Shown: positions 18,070 through 27,868 of the stretch, one piece after another | Layout of the letters: each line of letters begins with the position of its first letter | Position numbering within the stretch: position 1 is the stretch's first letter | From: an uncultured Methylomirabilota bacterium | GTDB taxonomy: Bacteria > Methylomirabilota > Methylomirabilia > Methylomirabilales > 2-02-FULL-66-22 | Assembly: GCA_963845565.1 (NCBI GenBank) | Contig: CAWJSJ010000005.1 | Span: 192,001 to 256,000, forward strand | DNA length: 64,000 bases | Reading direction: 5' to 3' | Made by a program: the position numbers and the translations under genes | The notes under the pieces: model-generated | The model's database searches: none | What the model was told of the DNA's origin: nothing | The model's input: only the letters and a program-made list of their open reading frames with translations

Positions 18070-18954
18070 TTATAGCACACCCAGAAAGCGCAAGATAGCG
18101 GGGGCAATGTCGGTCAGGTCGCGGATGCCGGCGGCCACGGCGGGGGCGTCGCGCCCCCAGAGGAGGGTCGGGACCGGGTTCAGCGTGTGTCGTTTGGTGG
18201 ACAGGTCTTCCAGGTTGCCGTGATCGCTGGTCAAGATCACCAGGTGCCGGGAGAGGTCGAGGTGCGCGAGGAGCCCGTCCAGCAGACCCTCCAAGTTCTC
18301 CAGCACCTCCACCGCGCGGTCCATGTCCTGCGAGTGGCCGGCGAGATCGGTCAGGAAGTGCTCGTACATTGTGAAGGCGTGACCGGCGGTAATGGCGGCC
18401 AGGCGCGCTCCGGCTTCGCGGGGCGTGATGGGGGGCAGGTAGCATCCGCGCTCCGGCAGGAGGCGGTTGGTGAAGTCATGGAAGAGCGCCTCACCACGAG
18501 CCAGGTCCTCCAGCGTGCGCAGGCGCACGCCGGCCTGCGTGACGGCGACGGTGCTGACCGAGAGGAAGCGCGGGGGCTTTTCGAAGAAGCCGGGTGTGAA
18601 GGCATTGGCGTAGGTGACGCCCCCGCCGGTCTCCTTCACGCGACTGAAAATCGTCTGACCGTCGAGGAGCGCCGCCAGGGACTTGGTGCAGTAGCCGTTG
18701 ATGTGCCGACCCACGGTCGCGGCCGCGTTCATTCCGGCCAGGATGGAGGTTTGGCCTGTGGCGCTTTGTGGCAAGCCGGGCACCCCCAGACAGGCGTCGG
18801 TCGGCACCAGAACAGCCGCGGGGTCCGGTGCGGGCAGGCCCTGCGCCAGGCGCAGTCGCGTCAGGCGTGCGCGCACGAACGGGTTCTTGGCCGGGTCGGC
18901 CTCGCCCAGCCCGATGCCATCCACGAAGAGAAGCAAGACACCCACGGCATGCAC
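18070..18954 (-). CDS. Metalloenzyme (alkaline phosphatase/iPGM superfamily) protein; start uncertain
   Basis: LFVDGIG, PQSATGQT, TDLAGH, TSDHGN, HTLNPVP. Confidence 0.8.
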   Translation of the reverse strand: MHAVGVLLLFVDGIGLGEADPAKNPFVRARLTRLRLAQGLPAPDPAAVLVPTDACLGVPGLPQSATGQTSILAGMNAAATVGRHINGYCTKSLAALLDGQTIFSRVKETGGGVTYANAFTPGFFEKPPRFLSVSTVAVTQAGVRLRTLEDLARGEALFHDFTNRLLPERGCYLPPITPREAGARLAAITAGHAFTMYEHFLTDLAGHSQDMDRAVEVLENLEGLLDGLLAHLDLSRHLVILTSDHGNLEDLSTKRHTLNPVPTLLWGRDAPAVAAGIRDLTDIAPAILRFLGVL

Positions 18955-19033
18955 CCGGAAAGCGTTCGACAGTTCGGCAGGTCGGCGGCGACCCCTCAGA
19001 ACCGTCGAACCGTCGAACGGCCGAACCGTTACC

Positions 19034-21019
19034 CTACACGGTGGTCGCCCCGCCAGAACGCTGCCCGTCAAAGAAGCGCCGCAGATCCTCTCGGTCGCTG
19101 GTCATCGGGCAGGGCGGAAGGCTCTCCAGGAAGGCACGGCCATACCCCTTCGTCAAGAGGCGGCCGTCCAGGATGCACAGCGCGCCACGGTCCTGCCCGC
19201 TGCGGATCAACCGTCCCAACCCCTGGCGCAACGCGATGATGGCGGAGGGCACCTGGTATTCCCAAAATGGCTCGCTGCCTTGCTGCTGGAGGTATTCCAG
19301 ACGGGCCTCCAGGACCGGGTCGCCGGGGAACCCGAAGGGGAGCTTGTGGATGATCAGGCAGCTCAGGGCCTCGCCCACGACATCCACCCCCTGCCAGAAA
19401 CTCCGGGTGGCCAGGAGCACCGACGACACCTCCTGCCGGAATCGGTCTAGAAGCTGCGTGCGGGGCGCCTCGCCCTGCACCATCAGGGGGAACGGAAGCG
19501 TGCCCTGGAGCAGCCGGTAGGTGGTCTCCATGGCTTCCAGGCTGGTGAACAGGATGAGGGCCCGCCCGGCGGTGAGCTCCAGGATGGCGCGAATCTCCTC
19601 GGCCGCCACCTCCAGGAAACTGCGATCGCGGGGGTCCGGCAAGTGGCGCGGGATATAGAGGACCGCTTGCTCGGGGTACTCGAAGGGCGAGGCGGCCTGA
19701 AACTCCCGCGCACGCTCGATACCCAGCCGACCGCGCAGGAAGTCGAAGTGGCCGGCGGCCGACAGCGTTGCCGACGTCAGGACGACCGTCTCGGCGGACT
19801 CCAGGATGGCCCGTCGGAAATCCGCCGACACGTCCAGGGGCGAGGTGCGCAGGACCAGCGCGCGCCCCCGGCGCTCCGACCAGCGCACCAGCGGGCGCTC
19901 TTCCGGGGTATGGGCGGCACCGGCCCCCGGCCGCAGGAAATCGTGGAGGATGTCGGCCTGCTCCCGGGCTCGCCGGGCGCATCCCAAGAGCGCCTCCGGT
20001 TTGCCCGGCAGGGCGTGGATGAGGTCGTGGAGGAGGATGAGGTGCTGCACCAGATCGCGCCCGACTGCGCTAGAGAGTTCCCCCAGGGCCTCCTCGCGCA
20101 GGCGTCGGGCGCCCTCGGCGAAATCCAGGGAGCGGAAAAACCGGGCGGAGGCCTCGGCCAGCCGCATCAGCTGGGTCGGGATACTGGCGTCGCCCGCCGC
20201 CGACCCGCGCCATTCCCGTTCCGCGTCCCGGACGAGGCGCTCGATCCGCAGGTTGCTGATTTCGGTGCCGAAGAAGTCAGTGGCCACGTCCTCCAAGAGA
20301 TGGGCCTCGTCCAGGATCAGGGTGGCATACGAGGGGATGACCTGAAACAGGCTTCCCTCTCGCAGAGCCGCGTCGGCCAGGAGCAGGTGATGGTTCACGA
20401 TTACCAGATCCGCCGCCGCGGCTTCTTGCCGCATCCGGGTGAGGAAGCACGACTCGTAATCCTCGCAAGCGGTGCCCAGGCAGGTCTCGGACCACGCGGC
20501 GACGTCATCCCAGAGCGGATCGGTATCGGACAGGAAGTCCAGTTCCGCCCGGTCGCCTCGGAGCGACGCGGCCGACCACTTCTGGATCTTCACCAGCCGC
20601 TGCCGCTCGGGCCGGGTATGGGTCTCGGTGAGGGCGCGCCGCAGGCTCCGACGGCAGAGGTAATTTCCCCGCCCCTTCATGAGGCTGGCGACGAACGTCC
20701 TGGGAAGCGTCCGAGCGAGGAGGGGAATGTCCTTGAAGAAGAGCTGCTCCTGGAGGGTCTTGGTGCCGGTGGCGACGACCGTCTTCTTGCCCGAGAGGAT
20801 GGCCGGGACGAGGTAAGCCAGGGTCTTCCCGGTCCCGGTGCCCGCCTCGGCCAAGAGCGTCTCGCCGGTATCGATGGCGCGCTCGACCGCTTCCGCCATC
20901 TGAAGCTGGGCGGGCCGATACTCGAAGTCCGGTATCGCCGAGGCCAGCATACCGTGAGGACCGAGAAACCAACCCAGACCCGCCTGTTCTTCCACCTTCG
21001 GAAATCGCGCGTTGTGCAT
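19034..21019 (-). CDS. DinG/YoaA family ATP-dependent DNA helicase
   Basis: EAGTGTGKT, KGRGNYLC, VNHHLL, DEAH, TSATL, FWQGVDV, LRQGLGRLIR. Confidence 0.92.
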   Translation of the reverse strand: MHNARFPKVEEQAGLGWFLGPHGMLASAIPDFEYRPAQLQMAEAVERAIDTGETLLAEAGTGTGKTLAYLVPAILSGKKTVVATGTKTLQEQLFFKDIPLLARTLPRTFVASLMKGRGNYLCRRSLRRALTETHTRPERQRLVKIQKWSAASLRGDRAELDFLSDTDPLWDDVAAWSETCLGTACEDYESCFLTRMRQEAAAADLVIVNHHLLLADAALREGSLFQVIPSYATLILDEAHLLEDVATDFFGTEISNLRIERLVRDAEREWRGSAAGDASIPTQLMRLAEASARFFRSLDFAEGARRLREEALGELSSAVGRDLVQHLILLHDLIHALPGKPEALLGCARRAREQADILHDFLRPGAGAAHTPEERPLVRWSERRGRALVLRTSPLDVSADFRRAILESAETVVLTSATLSAAGHFDFLRGRLGIERAREFQAASPFEYPEQAVLYIPRHLPDPRDRSFLEVAAEEIRAILELTAGRALILFTSLEAMETTYRLLQGTLPFPLMVQGEAPRTQLLDRFRQEVSSVLLATRSFWQGVDVVGEALSCLIIHKLPFGFPGDPVLEARLEYLQQQGSEPFWEYQVPSAIIALRQGLGRLIRSGQDRGALCILDGRLLTKGYGRAFLESLPPCPMTSDREDLRRFFDGQRSGGATTV

Positions 21020-21891
21020 GGGCGTTCGGGGCCGCCCACGGTTGCGGCCGGTCCGTTCTCCTGCCCGCTGCCCGCTGCCCGCTGCCCGCTGCTCCCTGAC
21101 GCCTCCCGTCGTTTCGCCTCGGCCCACAGCGCGTCCATCTCGGCCAGGGTCACCTGGCCGGGTGTGCTGCCACGGCGCGCCAGCTCTTCCTCGATGTACT
21201 GGAAGCGGGCGATGAAGCGGGCGATCGTCTTTCGCAGCGCCTCCTCGGGATTCACGGTGATGAAGCGGCTGAGGTTCACCAGCGAGAAGAGCAGGTCGCC
21301 GAGCTCCGCTTCCATCCGGTCGGGCTGTTCACTCTCCATGGCGGCGCGCAGCTCGCCGAGTTCCTCCTCGACCTTGGCGAGGACGTCACGAGCCTCCTTC
21401 CAGTCGAAGCCGACGCGGGAGGCCTTTTCCTGGAGCCGGTGGGCGCGCAGCAGGGCCGGCAATTCGCGCGGGACGCCGTCCAGAAGCGAGGCGTGGCCCT
21501 TGGCGTTCTGCCGCTCTGCCTTCTTGATCTGCTCCCAGTTGAAGAGGACCTCTTGCGCTGTGTCGGCCTGGACGGTGCCGAACACGTGGGGATGGCGGCG
21601 CACGAGCTTTTCGTTGATCGCCCGGAGGACGTCGCCGATCTGGAAGAGCGCCGCCTCTTCGGCCATGCGCGCGTGGAAGACGACCTGGAGCATGACGTCG
21701 CCAAGTTCCTCGCAGAGCTTGCCCGCGTCATCCTCGTCGATCGCTTCCAGGACCTCGTACGTCTCCTCGACGAAGTAGGGCTTGATGCTCTGATGCGTCT
21801 GCTCCCGATCCCACGGGCAGCCGTTCTCGCCCCTGAGGCGCGCCATGATCCGGACCAGCTCCCCGAACAGTTCGTTTGCGGACTCGGCCAC
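20677..21891 (-). CDS. mazG: Nucleoside triphosphate pyrophosphohydrolase MazG (homology ends near 21105; ORF runs on without a nearby stop)
   Basis: GCPWDREQT, EETYE, EELGD, RRHPHVF, GFDW, EMDALWAEAK. Confidence 0.88.
   Translation of the reverse strand: MAESANELFGELVRIMARLRGENGCPWDREQTHQSIKPYFVEETYEVLEAIDEDDAGKLCEELGDVMLQVVFHARMAEEAALFQIGDVLRAINEKLVRRHPHVFGTVQADTAQEVLFNWEQIKKAERQNAKGHASLLDGVPRELPALLRAHRLQEKASRVGFDWKEARDVLAKVEEELGELRAAMESEQPDRMEAELGDLLFSLVNLSRFITVNPEEALRKTIARFIARFQYIEEELARRGSTPGQVTLAEMDALWAEAKRREASGSSGQRAAGSGQENGPAATVGGPERPCTTRDFRRWKNRRVWVGFSVLTVCWPRRYRTSSIGPPSFRWRKRSSAPSIPARRSWPRRAPGPGRPWLTSSRPSSRARRRSSPPAPRPSRSSSSSRTFPSSLGRFPGRSSPAS
21061..21095. repeat. Heptamer tandem repeat (CTGCCCG)4
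   Basis: Four perfect units plus one degenerate unit at the mazG/dinG junction. Confidence 0.85.
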
Positions 21892-22200
21892 GGTCGGTCT
21901 CCTGGATGAAGAAAGCGGTCAGCGGTCAGCATTCAGCAATCAGCTTTCGGCTCCATCCGCCAGGCTCCGTTGTGTCCCGAGTCTTGCCTGATCGCTGAAT
22001 GCTGACGGCTGAAAGCCGCCTGCCTACCTTACGAGCAAAGCCGGGAATCGGCAAGGGGAAATGGGGCTGCGTGGGGGCAGGGAAGGGGCCGGCAACAAAC
22101 GACGGGGAATCGATGCGCCGACTTCGTGTGGGTGCCCGTGCCAATGGGACGCGGTGGCACCGAGGCGGGTCGGGCCAGGAGGCGCCGGCGAGGCGTCGCC

Positions 22201-23285
22201 CTAGCCGGGGCGCTGGGACGTGGCGCGAAGTCCGCGGTCGGTCCAGGCGGCGTCGCGCAGTGGGTCCTCCAGGCCGGGGAATGCGCGCAGAGTGCCGAGC
22301 AGCAGGCCCAGCAAGGCCTGGTGCTGCGCCTCGATTTCCATCAGGAGCGGCTCGAGCGCCGTCAGGGGTACACCGAGCCACTCCCAGGCTGCCTCCTCCG
22401 GCGGGGGCACGACGTCCTCACCGCTTGCGCCGAGGCCCAAGGCATGGGCCAGGATGTCTGCGACGTGAATGATGGCGCTCTCCCATTGCGCTTGACGCGC
22501 GAGGCTGGGGCGGTGATGGCAACCGACCGCTTCGCACAGCTCTGCGGGGAGTCGCCAAGCCGCGAGCAGCGCCCGACCCACCTGGGTGTGGTCGAACCCC
22601 CAGACGCGAGTCTCGGCCTCGTGAAGGGGGAGGTCACCCTCCCGGGCCAGTGCCAGCGCCTCCAGGAATTCAGGGCGAAGACACTGGTGCTGGATCAGCT
22701 TCCCGACGTCGTGGAGGAGACCGGCGACGAACACCGCCTCGTGGGCCTCGTACCCTGCCGTACGAGCGAGCAGACGGGCGGCAACGGCGGTACCCACGGC
22801 GTGCTGCCACAACCCGACCGGAGAAAACTCAGGGGTCTCCTCTGCCTGGAGGAGGTCCACCACCGTGGCGGTGAGCAGCAGGTGCTGGACCGGTCGGAAC
22901 CCCAGAATCGTGAGCGTCTCCGTCACCGTGGCGATCTGTCGAGGGAATCCGTAGAAGGGGGAGTTCACCAGGCGCAGGAGCCGGGCCGTGAGGGCCTGGT
23001 CCTCCAGGATCGCGCTGGCGAGTTGGAGCGCGGAGGTCGCGGGGTTCCGGATCAGGTTCGCCACCCGCAGCAAGCACCGGCGGGAGGGAGGGGAGCGCAT
23101 CGATCTGCTCCAGCAGATGGTCGGGAAGTGCGAGCCGTTGGCAGCTCCTCGCGCCGACTGCCGTCGGGTGCGGCGGCATTGTCCCCAGGGCTCCGTGCCT
23201 CTTCCGTGGCCGCACAGGTCGGTCCGGACGGGCGGACCTCTCTCAGTGAATTCCGGAGGCGTCGCTTCGGGTCCGTACGATCCAT
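22201..23285 (-). CDS. HDOD domain protein; apparent frameshift(s) in the 5' part, start uncertain
   Basis: IDALPSLPPV in one frame; DQALTARLLRLVNSPFYG, GLLHDVGKL, GFDHTQVG, HHRP in the next. Confidence 0.8.
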
Positions 23286-23541
23286 GGTGTCTCCCTCGGG
23301 AGGCGAGGTGTCATTCCCAGCGCGCGAACAAGGCACGCGCCGCGCCGCGCGGCTCTGTGCCCCTGCAGGGCGTATCGGCACTCTGCGCTGGTTCCTGAAG
23401 GAGAGAATGCGTGCTGGCGTACGATCCGGATCTAGTCCTGGTGCCGGGAGCCGGCGCGTTTCGTTGGCGGACCGAGGGACTGGCGGAAGGGGCGTTCTGG
23501 AGACATCCTCACGAAGGGGGTGGTCGCCTGGCGGCGGTGGG

Positions 23542-24045
23542 TCAGAGCTGGCGCAGCATGGTCTCCGCGTCGCTCACCTCGAACTTGCCGGGTTGCTCGA
23601 TATTCAGTCGCTTGACGACGCCGTCCTCGACGAGCATGGAGTAGCGCAGCGAGCGGACACCCATGCCACGCGCGGTCAAATCCTGGTCCAGTCCGAGGGC
23701 TTTGGTATAGGTCGCGCTGCCGTCGGCCATCATGCGGACCTTGCCCGTGGCCTGTTGCGCCTTGCCCCACGCACCCATCACAAAGGCGTCGTTGACCGCC
23801 AGACACCACACCTCGTCCACGCCCTTGGCCCTGAGTTGGTCATGGTTCGCGATGTAACCGGGCACGTGTTTGGCCGAGCACGTCGGCGTGAACGCGCCGG
23901 GCAGGCCGAAGATGACGACGCGTTTGCCCTTGGTGAGCTCGGAGAGGTTGAAGGTGTTGGGTCCGATCGTGCACCCTGGCGCCTCGTGCTCGATCAATTC
24001 CGTCAGGGTTCCCTCGGGCAACTTGTCGCCAACCTTGATTGTCAT
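23542..24045 (-). CDS. Peroxiredoxin, Prx5 family
   Basis: PGAFTPTCSAKHVPGY, VNDAFVMGAW, RSLRYSMLVEDG; AGGAGG RBS. Confidence 0.95.
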   Translation of the reverse strand: MTIKVGDKLPEGTLTELIEHEAPGCTIGPNTFNLSELTKGKRVVIFGLPGAFTPTCSAKHVPGYIANHDQLRAKGVDEVWCLAVNDAFVMGAWGKAQQATGKVRMMADGSATYTKALGLDQDLTARGMGVRSLRYSMLVEDGVVKRLNIEQPGKFEVSDAETMLRQL

Positions 24046-24102
24046 GTCGTTCCTCCTCCTGTCGTGATGGAGTGCATGTGCGCGTCGGATTCTGCGGATA
24101 AA

Positions 24103-24140
24103 GGAAACGGCGACCATCTTGTGAGGCGGTCGCCGTTTCC
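24103..24140 (-). terminator. Hairpin after the small secreted peptide gene
   Basis: GGAAACGGCGACC...GGTCGCCGTTTCC, followed by TTTA on the minus strand. Confidence 0.55.
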
Positions 24141-24163
24141 GTGAAAAGCTTTGGGACCAACGA

Positions 24164-24295
24164 TTACGTCTGGGGCTGAGGCTGCGAGGTGGGTTTCGCG
24201 GTGTCCGCGTGGTCCACGCCGCAATTGGCCAGAGCACTTCCCGCCACACCCAGGACCAAACCAAACGCCAAAAGCAAAGCTGCCAGTCGTCGCAT
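24164..24295 (-). CDS. Small secreted peptide (43 aa)
   Basis: AAGGAGG RBS; MRRLAALLLAFGLVLGVAGSALA signal peptide then NCGVDHADTAKPTSQPQPQT; own promoter and terminator. Confidence 0.65.
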   Translation of the reverse strand: MRRLAALLLAFGLVLGVAGSALANCGVDHADTAKPTSQPQPQT

Positions 24296-24342
24296 CACTA
24301 TTCCCTCCTTTTCACGTCATGTGTCTCATTTGACGTACCATT

Positions 24343-24372
24343 TTTATACCGGACTCATTTGCTCCTGTCAAT
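24343..24372 (-). promoter_or_regulatory. Sigma70 promoter of the small peptide gene
   Basis: TTGACA-N17-TATAAA. Confidence 0.65.
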
Positions 24373-24510
24373 AAAGTTCTTGGAACCTAACCTTCATGTT
24401 GGCTCTACGCGGGGCCGATGTCTCGTTGAAAAAATGACGTATGGTCCCGGATTTGTTGGCCGGAATAACCGTAGCCACGCGATCCCCACGCGCTGATTTC
24501 GAGTCCTGCA

Positions 24511-24539
24511 TGGCTCCCCAGGTAGGGACTCGAACCTAC
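24511..24539 (-). other. Isolated tRNA 3'-end fragment (T-arm, acceptor strand, CCA); possible att remnant
   Basis: GTAGGTTCGAGTCCCTACCTGGGGAGCCA on the minus strand; no D or anticodon arm upstream. Confidence 0.6.
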
Positions 24540-25630
24540 TGGGGTAACACGAATCGCCGGGGCGTGGGAGGGACTGTGGCAGGCGGGCCTAGCGTCGGCT
24601 CAGGGCCTGTCACCTTGGAGACGAAGGCCCGGATGTTGTCGGTTGGAGCCTTGGGTGGCATTCCTCCGCCGCAGGAGAAGAGGATCCGTCGAGTGTCCGA
24701 CAGCGAGCGGAACTGGGCCTCCACGGCCCGTTCCACGTCCTCTGGCGTGCCGGAGGCCAGCACGTCTCGCGGCGGGATGTTGCCCATCAGCGTCACCTTG
24801 CCGTCCGTCAATCCCTGGAGGTCTTTCACGGTGACTTCGATGCCCATGTTGTAGAGATTGATGCCGGTGTCGTGGAGGTGCGGGGCGGAGGCGGTGCACG
24901 GCGAATCGTTGTGGAAGAAGCGGACCGCGGCGCCCAGCGTGGTGAACAACTCCTTCAGATACGGCTGGGCGAACTCTTTATAGTCCTCCTCGCCGATGAA
25001 GCCGACGATGTCGTCCAACAGCAACACACCGTCGATGGTGGGGAAGCATTCGCGCTGGTACGCCAGCCAATCCCGGGTGAAATCCGTGATGAGCCGCAGC
25101 AGGTGGTGGATCTTGTCCGGGTTGAGCTTCATCTCCATCAGGAACTCGGTGGTCCCCATCAGGAAGGACGCGATATTGAGCGGCCCGCGCGAGACGGCGA
25201 ACCGGATGGCGTGTCCGGCGGCCCGGATGCGCGGCTCGGCGTGCTGCAGCCGCTTGATGACGAAGGGCAGCAGGCCGTCGCGGCGCGGGTCGGGCCGGGC
25301 GAGCTGGTCGACGTCGTCGATGGTGTGGATCAGCTTCTCGGCAAAGGGGAACTCGTTGTCGTGGAACAGGCACTTGGCGCCGAACGCCGACGGCTCGGTG
25401 CACATGCCGTACTCCGACCAGAAGCCGGGGAGAAAGAGGCACTCCGGAAATTCCTGGATCGCCTTGAGGTTGGCCGCCAACCAGCGCTCCTCGCTGGCGT
25501 AGTAGTCGAGGATGCTCATCTCGGCCCAGTTCGGCAGCCACGGGCTATCGATGATGAAGGCCACCGGCACGGGCGTCAGGTTCTCGCCGCGAATCACGGC
25601 CAGCAGGGTTTGCCACTGCGCGTCGTTCAT
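24536..25630 (-). CDS. Uroporphyrinogen decarboxylase/MtaA-like family protein
   Basis: RGPLNIA, LLDDIVGFI, FFHND, MGNIPPRDVL..GTPEDV, SCGGGMP. Confidence 0.8.
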   Translation of the reverse strand: MNDAQWQTLLAVIRGENLTPVPVAFIIDSPWLPNWAEMSILDYYASEERWLAANLKAIQEFPECLFLPGFWSEYGMCTEPSAFGAKCLFHDNEFPFAEKLIHTIDDVDQLARPDPRRDGLLPFVIKRLQHAEPRIRAAGHAIRFAVSRGPLNIASFLMGTTEFLMEMKLNPDKIHHLLRLITDFTRDWLAYQRECFPTIDGVLLLDDIVGFIGEEDYKEFAQPYLKELFTTLGAAVRFFHNDSPCTASAPHLHDTGINLYNMGIEVTVKDLQGLTDGKVTLMGNIPPRDVLASGTPEDVERAVEAQFRSLSDTRRILFSCGGGMPPKAPTDNIRAFVSKVTGPEPTLGPPATVPPTPRRFVLPQ

Positions 25631-25645
25631 CTCGTCGATCTCCGA

Positions 25646-26822
25646 TCAGTGCGTCAGGCCGGCGGCCGATTCCAGGATGCGCGTGAGGTCCTGGACGGTC
25701 GCGGCGCGCGGGTTGTTCTTGAGCAGTCGCTGATTGCCGAAGGATTCCTCGGCCAGCGCCGGGATCCGGTCCTCGGAGATCTTGACGTCGGCCAGGACGT
25801 GCGGCAGCCCGACATCGGTCACGAGCTGGTGGACGGCGAGGGTCGCCCGGTGGGCCGCCTCCCGCTCGGAGAGTCCCTCCAGTGATTCGCCCAGCGCCTC
25901 GGCGAGGTTGGCAAACTTCTCCGTCGCGGCCATCTCGTTGAATTCCATGACGTAGGGAAGCATCAGGGCGTTGGCCACCCCGTGGGCCACGTTGAACTGC
26001 CCGCCCATCGCCATGGCGATGGCATGCACACCGCCCAAGAACCCATTGGCGAAGGCGACCCCGGCCAGCATGCTGGCATTGGCCATGTTTCGCCGGGCCT
26101 CCAGGTCGCTCCCGTTGGCCACGGCGCGGCGCAGGTATTTGCCGATGAGCCGAACGGCTTGGAGAGCCAACGGCAGCGTGAGCGGCTGCGCACTCCGGGA
26201 CACGTAGGTCTCGATGGCATGCGTCAGGGCATCCATGCCGGAGGAGGCGGTGATGCCGGGCGGGGCGCTCACGGTCAGGAGGGGGTCCACGATCGCGACG
26301 CGGGCCAGGATGTGCGGGCTGACGATGCCCTTTCTTCATGTGGCCGCCGTTCGGCTTGACGTCGGTGAGGATGCAGTTCGGGGTCACCTCGCTCCCCGTG
26401 CCGGCGGTGGTCGGCAACAGGATCATCGGTAGCGCCGGTTTCGGGACATTCCCCACGCCCCACATCTGCTCCAGCGGCGCGTCGTTTGCCAGGATTGCCG
26501 CGGTGGCCTTTGCGATGTCCAGAGGGCTGCCGCCGCCCAGACCGACGATCCCGTTCGGCGCCGCGCGACGGGCAAACTCCGCGCTGCGCCGGGCGGTATC
26601 GATCAGCGGGTCGGGCTCGACGTCGTCGAACACCTCGGCGGTGATCCCCGACGCCTTGAGGTCGGCCACGGCGATCGTCACAAACTCGGTTTTTTCGTGA
26701 AGCACCTTGTCGGTGACCAGCACTACCTGCGTGATGCCCAGCGCTCTTGCCTGGGAGCCCAGGCCCTGCGCCGAGCCGTCACCAGTGAGAATCTTGGCCG
26801 GGCATTGGAATTCCTGCGCCAT
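25646..26822 (-). CDS. Iron-containing alcohol dehydrogenase; apparent +1 frameshift near 26329
   Basis: GGGSPLDIAK, PTTAGTGSEVT in one frame; GMDALTHAIE, HAIA, HGVANA in the next. Confidence 0.88.
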
Positions 26823-27024
26823 GGCGCACCTCCTCGGAAATTCGCACGGTTTTTCAGCGCACACACGCCATCTGCGGAGCGTCTCGGGTTGGGTCCCGTT
26901 CATGCCGTTCGACGGTCGCCTACCGGACACCGATGTTTGCCTTATAACAGAATCGCCGGCGGATGTCACGGGGCCCATGATTCCGGCTTGCCACCCGTGA
27001 AACGGTCTGCTATATGGTCCAGAT

Positions 27025-27750
27025 ATGTGCAACCGACTGATCGTGTTCGTAATCTGGAGTGTCGTAGCGTTCGCTCCCTGGCTGCCCGCTCAGGCGGCGG
27101 TCTACGGGTACGTGGATGCCGAGGGCACAGCGCACTTCACCGACGCCCCGACGAAGACGCAGTTCCGCTGGCTGCCGGCTTTCGGCGTGCCGCCGGGCGC
27201 GAACCTCGACCATGGGCAGTACGCCGAGTTGATCCACGCCATCGCCGCCGAGAACGGGGTCGATCCGGCGCTGGTCAAGGCGATCATCCGCACCGAGTCC
27301 AATTTCAACCGGCACGCCGTCTCCCGGAAGGGCGCCCAGGGCCTGATGCAATTGATGCCCGGGACCGCCGGGCGCTACGCCGTGGGCAACGCCTTCGACC
27401 CCGCCGAGAACATTCGCGGCGGCGTTCGGTATCTCCGGTTCCTCCAGGATCGCTTCCCGGGGCGGCTGCATCTTGCCGTCGCCGCGTACAACGCCGGGGA
27501 AAACGCCGTCCTGCGGTATCAAGGAATTCCGCCCTACGCCGAGACCCGCCAGTACGTCGCGCGCGTCCTCGGGTTTTATGGGCGGTCCGATGCGACCGGC
27601 GCCGCGTCCGGTCGCGCGAGTACCGGCACGGAGCACACCCCGCAAGCGGCAGCCACGGGGAAGGTGTACCGCCAGGTGGCGTCGGACGGGACGCCGCAAT
27701 ACAGCAATCTGCCCCCGCTGGTTCGGACGCCATCCCCCGCCTCCCACTGA
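27025..27750 (+). CDS. Lytic transglycosylase (SLT) with signal peptide and flanking DUF4124-like segments
   Basis: ESNFN..AVSRKGAQGLMQLMP, AAYNAGE, PPYAETRQYV. Confidence 0.9.
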   Translation: MCNRLIVFVIWSVVAFAPWLPAQAAVYGYVDAEGTAHFTDAPTKTQFRWLPAFGVPPGANLDHGQYAELIHAIAAENGVDPALVKAIIRTESNFNRHAVSRKGAQGLMQLMPGTAGRYAVGNAFDPAENIRGGVRYLRFLQDRFPGRLHLAVAAYNAGENAVLRYQGIPPYAETRQYVARVLGFYGRSDATGAASGRASTGTEHTPQAAATGKVYRQVASDGTPQYSNLPPLVRTPSPASH

Positions 27751-27783
27751 TCGCCCCACCCCGTTTTCGGCCGGGCCTTTTCC

Positions 27784-27812
27784 TTGACAGGCCGTGGGCC
27801 CAAGGCTAGACT
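27784..27812 (+). promoter_or_regulatory. Sigma70 promoter of glyA
   Basis: TTGACA-N17-TAGACT. Confidence 0.6.
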
Positions 27813-27868
27813 CGACCCCCTAGTCACCGGGCACGACACACGCGTACTGCGCGCGGAGGAGAGCAGCC

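Noticed and set aside
19643..24144. Long antisense ORFs (711 aa and 672 aa)
   Set aside because: Shadow frames of real minus-strand genes in GC-rich DNA, with no recognisable motifs
23542..24264. 240-aa peroxiredoxin with N-terminal extension
   Set aside because: An RBS supports ATG 24045; the upstream region holds a terminator and a separate small ORF
25545..27032. Fe-ADH and other split genes as true pseudogenes
   Set aside because: Single +1 shifts with otherwise intact motifs; a systematic error is more likely
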